In this document: positions 1 to 7,386 of the stretch, piece by piece
Layout: each line of letters opens with the position of its first letter
Position numbering within the stretch: position 1 is the stretch's first letter
Assembly: GCA_002794465.1 (NCBI GenBank)
Contig: MTSL01000041.1
Coordinates: 15,464 to 25,401, forward strand
DNA from: Paramicrosporidium saccamoebae KSL3
Taxonomy: Eukaryota; Fungi; Cryptomycota
DNA length: 9,938 bases
Direction: 5' to 3'
Notes under the pieces: generated by a model
Database searches by the model: none
What the model saw: only the letters and a program-made list of their open reading frames with translations
Told to the model about the DNA's origin: nothing
Made by a program: the position numbers and the translations under genes

Positions 1-450
1 TTGGCAATTACCCTGGTACTCCGATGGAACCGATCGGCCCTGATCAATCAAGATTGCCCCTATTTGGGACGGTATTGTCGTATAGGACAACAGAACTTTC
101 AATTAACAGTCTGCAGATACTAGGATAAAGACGAGAAATTCCTAACACCTGGTGTTAGTCTCTGCCAAAGCTTGAAACTGCCAATTCAAAAAAAGCCCTA
201 GAGACGCAGTGGCTGGTTTATCCCACCCCGGTATACAAAGTGGCTGGCAAATTCCAGCCCGTAGTTGCAGAGGCTGGTGTACGATGCCTCCAAAAGATAA
301 ATATGTTTTTCTAGTACGTTTTTTGGATCACTGGCCGAATATAAACGTGCTATTTCGAGGATGTAAAAGAGCCCAGGAAGGGCTGAGACTATGGGGTTGG
401 GAAGCTATGAGACCGAGCTTGTGGGGAATGTTCGCGTTATAATAGCTTGA
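1..450. other. Unresolved coding-like region, possibly the spliced 3' end of a + strand gene
   Basis: Several open stretches (e.g. + strand 159-311 SLPKLETANSKKALETQWLVYPTPVYKVAGKFQPVVAEAG). Intron-like 3' ends occur at CCTAAC..TTAG (141-158) and TTTTTCTAG (306-314), and AATAAA at 459-464. No consistent gene model or family could be built on either strand. Confidence 0.25.
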
Positions 451-523
451 CGTTTAGCAATAAAGGCGCACCCGTGATAATAACTCCAACTACGCGGCAA
501 TATGATCATAATATTTACTTAAT

Positions 524-536
524 ATCCCCTAATCCT
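524..536 (+). promoter_or_regulatory. Degenerate copy of the recurring CCCCT-GGTCCG upstream motif (ATCCCCTAATCCT)
   Basis: 10/13 identical to ATCCCCTGGTCCG upstream of mtIF2; ends 31 nt before ATG 568. Confidence 0.4.
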
Positions 537-567
537 CGTCGGGGGTTTCAGTTTCTGCGTTGCGGAG

Positions 568-1493
568 ATGAGCTCCGACAAAGTTCTGTCCCGCGAGTCT
601 TTACTAGAAAAGCTAAAGGGGAAGCAAGGCGTTCCGGGTAAAATCGACGTGTTGCTTAAACAACTTGGCGCTGAACTGAGTGTATGAATTGGGGTGGCGT
701 GTTGGCATGTTTAGTGGGACGACTTTTTTTGGTTGATTGGAGATATGTGGGCACTCAACTATTGTCGCCCGTTAGCAAGGTTTCCCGGCTACCAGATAGT
801 CCTTCGAGAATATACAAGGAAACTAAGGTTTGTCGAGACGGCTGTTCCAGAAATGAGTATCCTTCCCTGGGTAGTCCCGATCCAGTCAGTCTCCCCTCCC
901 TATTGCATCTTAATTGTAGATATCACAACAGTTTATATCGGTTGAAATTGAGCTTGCACTGGTCGAGGCCACTTGGAGTAGCGCACGCAGCGAGTCGTGT
1001 GAATTTATTCTAAATATTTTTTTGGGACTAGAAAGCGTCACGCATGCCGACCTGTATGTAGCGTGCCAGCTGTTGACATCTGCCGAGTACTATGCTTGTG
1101 AATATTTGCTAACATTATAGTCTCGATCAGCTCCGATCAGCAAGGTTAAATTTCAACTTTTTGCAGAGTTGGGAAGTGTTGGCCAAGTTTGCAGAACAAT
1201 ATTTGGCTTCATTTGCTGTGGATTTCGTTCTTTCCTACTTGACAAGCTGCATTGGGTGTATGGAACGCGGCTTTACAGAGAAAAATTTGTCTGGTGATGA
1301 GCTATCGAGAAGGATCAACATGATGACCCGGTTTATCGCATACTTACTCGGACACGATGATCCTACCGTTTCATCGGTATATAAAAGAGTACTTTATACC
1401 AAAATGGGTGGCATGATACAAGGCTTTGCCGCCAACATGGCCCGGTATACAGAAGCTGCAAGTTTATTACTTCGAGCATTTTTGCAAGTGTAA
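568..1493 (+). CDS. CNOT11: CCR4-NOT subunit 11-like protein (DUF2363 C-terminal domain), join(568..681,715..870,920..1086,1121..1493), 269 aa
   Basis: Manual splicing gives one continuous frame. Introns: 682-714 (GTATGA..TTAG), 871-919 (GTAGTC..TGTAG) and 1087-1120 (GTACTA..GCTAAC..ATAG); an alternative donor GTATGT at 1054 is also in frame. The C-terminus NFLQSWEVLAKF..DFVLSYLTSCIGCME..RRINMMTRFIAYLL..IQGFAANMARYTEAASLL resembles recalled human CNOT11 SLHSMEVVNRL..EFIHLYISNCISTCE..RLVRLVCVFLQSLI..VQAFCIEFSRIREAAGLF. Confidence 0.65.
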
Positions 1494-1505
1494 TAGTGTT
1501 GATAC

Positions 1506-1597
1506 GTGGAATGATTAGCAAGGACTTTTTGTCGCGCTGTCTGCCAATTAAAGGATACTTTAGTTGGGAATGAGAGTTTCCTTGTCACCTGACAAAG
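1506..1597 (+). ncRNA. Candidate box C/D snoRNA 1
   Basis: C-like ATGATTA 1511-1517; D'-like CTGT/CTGC 1537-1544; 10-bp hairpin 1544-1567; C'-like ATGAGAG 1570-1576; D box CTGA 1589-1592. No target identified. Confidence 0.4.
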
Positions 1598-1654
1598 TAT
1601 GTGGGACTATCCCAATCGCTTGACTTGTGCAAAGTTGTAATAAACACTCCCCCC

Positions 1655-1666
1655 CCCCTGGTCCGT
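1655..1666 (+). promoter_or_regulatory. Upstream motif CCCCTGGTCCGT (NIF3)
   Basis: Exact 12-mer shared with 4484-4495; ends 30 nt before ATG 1697; preceded by a C-run. Confidence 0.6.
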
Positions 1667-1696
1667 AGATATACTCCCCAATAGCTCAAGTTTAAA

Positions 1697-2551
1697 ATGC
1701 ATATTCGTCACAAAGCGTTGTCCAATTTTATGCGCGCCATGGAGAGTATTGCTCCGCTATCGTTGGCAGACCGTTCATGGGACAATGTGGGGTTGTTGCT
1801 GGAAAGCCCCACAGTGGTGGACAATCCATGCCGGGTGCTCCTGACAGTGGACCTAACGGAGCCAGTGTACAATGAGGCCGTGAACAAGGGCATAAGTATT
1901 ATTTTGGCATACCATCCGCCTTGGTTCCGTGGAGAGAAGAGCTTGACACTGGATCAGTCAAGAGGAATGATGCGAATGGTAACACTCTGTGCTGCCTCTG
2001 GTATTTCCATCTATTCTCCCCATTCTGCCCTGGATGCTATTCGCGGCGGAGTCAATGATCACGTCGTCGATATTATTACTGATAAAACGTTTGAAAAGTC
2101 GGTCCCAATTCAGAGCGTGTCCAATGGTGACAATGACTGTGGTGTGGGCAGAATTGTCAGCCTGACTGCGCCTGAGTCTATCAGAAATATCGTCAAGCGG
2201 TGGTGCGAATATGTAAAGATACCCAATCTTCGTGTTGCCCTTCCCGATGGAGTAACTTTGGATGATTCAGTTGATTCCATTGCCGTTTGCGTTGGATCAG
2301 GTGCTACTGTATTAAATGGTGCCGAGGCGTCTCTGTACTTTACAGGAGAAATGTCTCACCACGAAATCCTCAAAGCCAACATTGCGCACAATGCAGCCGT
2401 CATTCTCACAGAACATACAAACTGCGAGCGAGGATTCTTGAGAGATGTCCTGCGTCAACGACTTGTTGATGAACTAGAAAAATCCGATACTCCCTTTGAG
2501 ATTTGTGTTAGCAAAGTAGATCGTGACCCCATAGAGATAGTATCTGTATAA
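1697..2551 (+). CDS. NIF3: NIF3 (NGG1-interacting factor 3 / YbgI / DUF34) family protein, 284 aa
   Basis: Intronless ORF with family motifs APLSLADRSWDNVGLL, ILAYHPPWF, IYSPHSALDA, TGEMSHHE and EHTNCERGFL. Confidence 0.93.
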   Translation: MHIRHKALSNFMRAMESIAPLSLADRSWDNVGLLLESPTVVDNPCRVLLTVDLTEPVYNEAVNKGISIILAYHPPWFRGEKSLTLDQSRGMMRMVTLCAASGISIYSPHSALDAIRGGVNDHVVDIITDKTFEKSVPIQSVSNGDNDCGVGRIVSLTAPESIRNIVKRWCEYVKIPNLRVALPDGVTLDDSVDSIAVCVGSGATVLNGAEASLYFTGEMSHHEILKANIAHNAAVILTEHTNCERGFLRDVLRQRLVDELEKSDTPFEICVSKVDRDPIEIVSV

Positions 2552-2630
2552 TTTAAAGGGATTTCAGAGAGATGCTATCTGCGTGTTTTATAAGAGTCAT
2601 ACCACCGACCTTTGTCTCTAAACGTTCCCA

Positions 2631-2641
2631 GGGCCGGGGAT
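2631..2641 (-). promoter_or_regulatory. Reverse-oriented degenerate copy of the upstream motif (GGGCCGGGGAT)
   Basis: Matches CGGACCGGGGAT upstream of PHO13 in 9 of the last 11 nt or better; ends 31 nt before ATG 2673. Confidence 0.45.
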
Positions 2642-2672
2642 AGAGGTCTACTGCGAATATTACAACTTTAGA

Positions 2673-4145
2673 ATGCTCATCACAGACTGGTTGCAAGGCG
2701 AAATTCAAATAAAGTCCCTATTTGCCAAAGTGGGACTTTCCTCCAGCATCATATTCCTCTTTCTCTGTCTCTACACGGTCAGTGATAGGCATCTCACCGT
2801 TGCACTGAGGCACATTGCTAAGGGATTGCGGATGCCAGCAGACTTGGCAGGGATGACCCTACTCGCCTTTGGAAATGGCGCGCCCGACTTTTTCACGGCA
2901 GTTTTTGGAGCGAGTGAGGCGCCGGAAATGATCCTATCAGGTGCCGTGGGGGCGGCGCTGTTTACGTTTACCATTGTATTTGGCCTGGTCATGATTCTAC
3001 AGACTGCCCCCCGAGAAGAAGGAATCGTTTTGACAAAGGTAATTCCGTTCCCGTTCTTCAAAAACACTCTACTTTGCATGTTCTGTTCATCCACGCTATT
3101 TTTTTTCCTCAGGGTGGGAACCATCAAGTATTGGATGTCCTTCATCCTTTTATCCGTGTACATCTGCAATCTAGCCGCCTCCATTATAGCTCACATGATG
3201 TCAGAATCACAACCATCCATGAATGGCATGGAAAAACGAATTGTGGTGGATCGCAGCACATTTGAGCATCTCTCTCTTGCAGGAAAAATAGCTTTCCTAT
3301 GGTCGAATATTGGCTGGCACGCTGTAAGGGGCCCGTTCCCCGTCCGTTGTGTGACGTATTTGGCCCGAATTATTCGATTGCCAATGAGTTTGGTCCTTCA
3401 TGCCAGCATACTTCCCATGAGATACCCCGAGCCGGCCACCGAGTCTTCAGACAGCAGCATCGCCCTATTCTTCATCAATCGGTGCAAATTTCTGATCTGT
3501 CCAATAACGTCGCTGTTGCTTTTTGGATTGGTCTTTGCTTCCAATCTTCAACCCGTGGTATTTTGGTCGCTTCACTTTGTCCTATCCACCTCGGCAAGTG
3601 CATTTTTATGGTTCACATCTTCTTGGACACAGCCTCCAAGATTTTTTGTACTTCATGCAGTGTATGCGTTTGTCACTTGTCTGGGGTTTATATACTTAAT
3701 CTCTCGCGAGCTCATTTCGTGCCTCCGATCACTTGGAATAGTCATTGGAGTATCACCCTCGACGATGGGCGTGCTGGTCTTGGCTTGGGGCAACAGTTTT
3801 GGAGATTTGGTGGCGGACACGACAATGGCCCGCACTGGCTTTCTAAATATGGCTTTGTTTGGTGTATTTGCCGCACATATCCAAAATGTTCTATTTACTC
3901 TCGGAGTGGCATTCCTCCTTGCCACTCTTCAAACTCCGACTTGGTCGCTTGATGTAAACGACATTGATCCCAAAGTCTATATTGGCCTATGTATCGTCGC
4001 CACCGTGTTGATCCTATCTCTTGTCCTCGTTCCTACACTGGGCAGATTTACATTACCCAGGTGGTGTGGCTTTATTCTTCTCTGCTTCTACATAACCTTT
4101 GCCAGTGTAGCCCTACTGCTAGAATTCCAAGTTATTCAGTTATAA
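2673..4145 (+). CDS. Cation/Ca2+ exchanger, CCX/NCLX (SLC8B1-like) subfamily of the CaCA superfamily, 490 aa
   Basis: Alpha-1 repeat LAGMTLLAFGNGAPDFF and alpha-2 repeat GVLVLAWGNSFGDLVAD; many hydrophobic segments in two clusters; single long ORF. Confidence 0.88.
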   Translation: MLITDWLQGEIQIKSLFAKVGLSSSIIFLFLCLYTVSDRHLTVALRHIAKGLRMPADLAGMTLLAFGNGAPDFFTAVFGASEAPEMILSGAVGAALFTFTIVFGLVMILQTAPREEGIVLTKVIPFPFFKNTLLCMFCSSTLFFFLRVGTIKYWMSFILLSVYICNLAASIIAHMMSESQPSMNGMEKRIVVDRSTFEHLSLAGKIAFLWSNIGWHAVRGPFPVRCVTYLARIIRLPMSLVLHASILPMRYPEPATESSDSSIALFFINRCKFLICPITSLLLFGLVFASNLQPVVFWSLHFVLSTSASAFLWFTSSWTQPPRFFVLHAVYAFVTCLGFIYLISRELISCLRSLGIVIGVSPSTMGVLVLAWGNSFGDLVADTTMARTGFLNMALFGVFAAHIQNVLFTLGVAFLLATLQTPTWSLDVNDIDPKVYIGLCIVATVLILSLVLVPTLGRFTLPRWCGFILLCFYITFASVALLLEFQVIQL

Positions 4146-4168
4146 GTGTTTTTATAAATTTTGTGCGA

Positions 4169-4213
4169 GTTTTGCACGTTTTGTGTGTTTTATGCGTTTT
4201 GAGCGTTTTGAAA
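4169..4213 (+). repeat. Degenerate 9-nt tandem repeat, 5 units (consensus GTTTTGNGC), plus a partial copy at 4158-4166
   Basis: GTTTTGCAC GTTTTGTGT GTTTTATGC GTTTTGAGC GTTTTGAAA read directly. Confidence 0.8.
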
Positions 4214-4370
4214 TGTCCCAAAGCGTCCTATGGTGTTTATATAACCAATGGGTAATGAAAAACTGGGTATATTCAATATACAACATCTTTTATAGGTTTA
4301 AACCTTTCATCCTCCTACAATCTGGCTCTTCCATTAATCAATAGCAACAGACCCTTCCTACCATATTCTA

Positions 4371-4475
4371 GATTCTAGATTCTGGATTCTGGATTCTGGA
4401 TTCTGGATTCTGGATTCTGGATTCTGGATTCTGGATTCGGGATTCGGGATTCTGGATTCTGGATTCTGGATTCTA
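4371..4475 (+). repeat. Heptamer tandem array (GATTCTG)n, 15 units
   Basis: GATTCTA x1, GATTCTG x8, GATTCGG x2, GATTCTG x3, GATTCTA x1; degenerate flanking units TATTCTA (4364-4370) and GGTTCCA (4476-4482). Confidence 0.97.
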
Positions 4476-4481
4476 GGTTCC

Positions 4482-4495
4482 ATCCCCTGGTCCGT
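4482..4495 (+). promoter_or_regulatory. Upstream motif ATCCCCTGGTCCGT (mtIF2)
   Basis: Contains the exact 12-mer found upstream of NIF3; ends 23 nt before ATG 4519. Confidence 0.6.
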
Positions 4496-4518
4496 GGCTG
4501 TACTATCTCACATAAAGA

Positions 4519-6257
4519 ATGTTCGTTTCTGGCAGGTTCTTCTTCAGCACCGTGCCTATACAGAGACTACTGCCACTCAGACCTCCGGTGGTTACTATAA
4601 TGGGTCACGTCGACCATGGAAAGACAACTCTGCTAGATTATCTCAGAAAAAGTGCAGTAGCAGCCGGTGAGGCTGGCGGCATTACTCAGCACATTGGTGC
4701 ATTCTCTGTGGATGTATCTGCAAACAACAGCGGCTCTGATATTAAACGGATCACATTTCTGGACACCCCGGGGCACGCAGCATTCAGCCGGATACGTGAA
4801 CGTGGCGCAAATGTGACAGACATTGTCGTTCTAGTTGTTGCAGCTGACGACGGAGTCATGGCCCAAACTATAGAGTCGATAAAATATGCCCAGGCGGCAG
4901 AGGTACCTCTCGTTGTGGCCATCAACAAATGCGACAAATGCGGTCCAGACCGGATCACAAAAGTGAAAGAAGAATTGCTAAAGCACAATGTTGTGTGCGA
5001 AGACTTTGGCGGAGATACGCAGGCTGTGCCAGTCAGCGGGTTAAATGGCCTAAATATGAGCGATTTATTAGAATCTCTCATGCTACAGGGCGAGCTATTA
5101 GAGTTGAGAGCAGATCCAGAGGGTCCCATGGAGGGTGCAATTGTAGAATCACAGGTACGGATGGGACTGGGTGATTGCGCCACAGTTCTGGTGCAGTCCG
5201 GGACATTAAGGCCAGGAGCCATGATTGTCGCCGAGGATTCAATCTGCAGAGTTCGGGCCATGAGAGATTATTCAGGGAAACTGCTAAAGGAGGCGCCTCC
5301 ATCCCACCCTGTCGAGGTTGCAGGATGGAAGAGTCTACCCCGCGTCGGTGCCACCGTAATCCAGGTACAGTCTGAATCAGAAGCATTGGAAATTTCAAAT
5401 AGTTTCCTTGACAAAAAAGAAGAGGTAAATCGGCGGTTGCGGGAGCGGATCCTCAAGGAACGCGAAAATATCCACAAAAAAATGTGGGAGGTGAAAACGA
5501 AATCTCTGGCAAAAGATTCAACTGTTCCTATGAGGGCGGTCATGTCGTATGAAGAATTTGATAAAAACCTCGACACTCGGCCCACTCTAAATATTGTTGT
5601 CAAGAGCGATGTCATTGGATCGCAAGAAGCAGTTGCCAAGGTTTTGGACGAGATCAAGTCGAGTAAGGCCTCCATCAAAGTCTGCAGCAATACTGTGGGT
5701 CCACTAACTGAGACCGATTTGAATAATGCCAGCACCATGGACGGTAAGTGCTTCATTTGCTTGATTTGACAATTGTAGCACATTTAATAACATTCGGGTT
5801 GAGAACGCCCAAGTCAATGATGAGGATGGCACAGAGCAGAGGCATCAAATTGGCCGAGTTTAATATCATCTATCGACTGACAGACTATATTACTGAAGCT
5901 CTAACTAGCCTATTACCAGTTCAGCATTCCGAAAAACGTATTGGAGAGGCAACAGTGCTACAACTATTCAGCTTTGAAAAGTCTGAACACATTGCCGGGT
6001 GTCGCGTTGATGATGGCCAATTACTTAGATCGAGAGAAAAACTAGGCGACGTAGATCGACACTTTGTACAATTAGTCCGAAATGAAAAGGTAATCTGGAC
6101 AGGAAGAATCGCCACCATGCGACATGTGAAAAAGGAAATCTCGAGCGCTGGAAAAGGAATGGAGTGTGGCATTTTATTAGAAGAATGCACGGTAAACATT
6201 CTTCCCGGCGACAAAGTGGCGTGTTTTGAACGTGAAATAGTGGCTCCATCTTTATAA
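4519..6257 (+). CDS. IFM1: Mitochondrial translation initiation factor IF-2, join(4519..5743,5779..6257), 567 aa
   Basis: Bacterial-type IF2 G-domain RPPVVTIMGHVDHGKTTLLD, DTPGHAAF, NKCD; domain III VKSDVIGSQEAV; C-terminal FNIIYRL, IAGCRV, GMECGI. A 35-nt intron 5744-5778 (GTAAGT..TGTAG) joins the two ORF-track ORFs in frame. Short Arg/Phe-rich N-terminal presequence. Confidence 0.93.
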
Positions 6258-6284
6258 ATTGCAAGTTTTCTAGATCTACATCTG

Positions 6285-6296
6285 CGGACCGGGGAT
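6285..6296 (-). promoter_or_regulatory. Reverse-oriented copy of the upstream motif (CGGACCGGGGAT)
   Basis: Reverse complement ATCCCCGGTCCG differs from ATCCCCTGGTCCG by one deletion; ends 35 nt before ATG 6332. Confidence 0.55.
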
Positions 6297-6331
6297 TTCA
6301 ATAGAGCGTCTGCTACAAATCCCACAATTAC

Positions 6332-7261
6332 ATGATGCCCGAAGTCAACTCGGGTCACAGTACTCGACTCACCACCAAAACTGCCGCTTCTCTCTTAAAC
6401 CGCACTGACACTATTCTGTTCGACTGCGACGGAGTCATATGGCGTGGCAATCAAGTCATTCCCAACGCCCTCCCCACCCTAAATCACCTTCGCAGTCTTG
6501 GAAAGCGACTCTTCTTCGTCACCAACAACTCTACCAAGAGTCGTGCCACCATGAAGGACAAATTTGCAGCGCTTGGGCTAGACGTAAATGTGGAAGAAAT
6601 TATTGGGTCGGCATTCCTACTGGCATCGTATATAAAAGGAAAGACATCGGGTGACGTATATGTCGTCGGACGATCTGGGATCATTGATGAACTGAATGCG
6701 GCAGGAATTCCTTCATTCGGAGGTCCCGTATAGCAAAGCATCGTGGTACTGATTGGCGTGTAGGAAGATGATGGAGCAATTTTTGATTTCAACCACGAAA
6801 TTCCGTCTAGAAATGTCGGAGCAGTGGTGGTTGGATTCGATGCAATGTTCAATTACACGAAACTGGCAAAGGCACAACACTATCTGACCGATCCTAACTG
6901 TTTATTCCTCGTCACCAACACGGATAATGCATTCCCCGACGTCAAACAAATACTCCCGGGAACCGGCTGCATTGTAGCGGCGGTACAGACAGCATCTAAA
7001 CGAGAGCCAATTGTCATTGGAAAGCCAAGCCCTCACGCCTTTGCCGCGCTGCAGGCCGTGCATCCTGAAATCGATCCGACAAGAACGTTAATGGTTGGTG
7101 ACAGAATAGAAACAGATATATTTTTTGGACGCGAGTGCGGAATGCTCACCCTCCTTGTGGAATCTGGAATCAACAAGGAGTCTGACCTTGTCAACTTTCC
7201 ATCCGACAAGGCTCCCGATTACATTGCTACAGACATTTCGGCACTTTTTGTTAAAAGTTAA
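6332..7261 (+). CDS. PHO13: HAD subfamily IIA phosphatase (p-nitrophenyl/phosphoglycolate phosphatase), join(6332..6727,6764..7261), 297 aa
   Basis: Motif I LFDCDGVIW, motif II FVTNNSTKSR, motif III IGKPS, motif IV MVGDRIETDIFFG. 36-nt intron 6728-6763 (GTATAG..ACTGAT..TGTAG). Confidence 0.9.
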
Positions 7262-7386
7262 AGGGGTTTTGAGACAGTCTGTATGCGGCAGATTAAGAGT
7301 CCCAATAAAAAGCCATATTAGGGATGTCACACTGTTGCAAAGTGAGCAAGATGCCATGTATCAAGTCAGGCGGGATGAGAGGAAAA

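Noticed and set aside
684-1013. 109-aa ORF from the ORF track
   Set aside because: It starts inside intron 1 and runs in a different frame from the spliced CNOT11-like model that explains this region.
1511-1592. SECIS element in the CNOT11-like 3' UTR
   Set aside because: The stem does not stack on the AUGA/GA quartet, there is no apical AAR, and the upstream gene has no in-frame UGA after splicing.
3299-3952. 217-aa + strand ORF in an alternative frame inside the CCX gene
   Set aside because: Fully nested in a well-supported CDS, starts at a non-ATG codon, and shows no recognisable motifs; treated as a frame shadow.
4371-4475. Heptamer array as a CRISPR array, telomeric repeat or heat-shock element
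   Set aside because: No spacers or cas genes; not a G-run telomere type and internal; TTC recurs every 7 nt in one orientation, not the inverted 5-nt nGAAn period.
4686-6358. Long - strand ORFs (191, 171, 145 and 106 aa) opposite mtIF2, and similar ones opposite CCX, PHO13 and SCJ1
   Set aside because: Antisense mirrors of conserved genes with Ser/Thr/Pro-skewed, non-family sequence.
7366-7378. 9-nt complement (TCATCCCGC then CTGA, - strand) to recalled LSU GCGGGAUGA as a methylation guide
   Set aside because: Only 9 bp, within chance range, and it lacks its own C' box; kept only as an alternative 3' end for candidate snoRNA 2.
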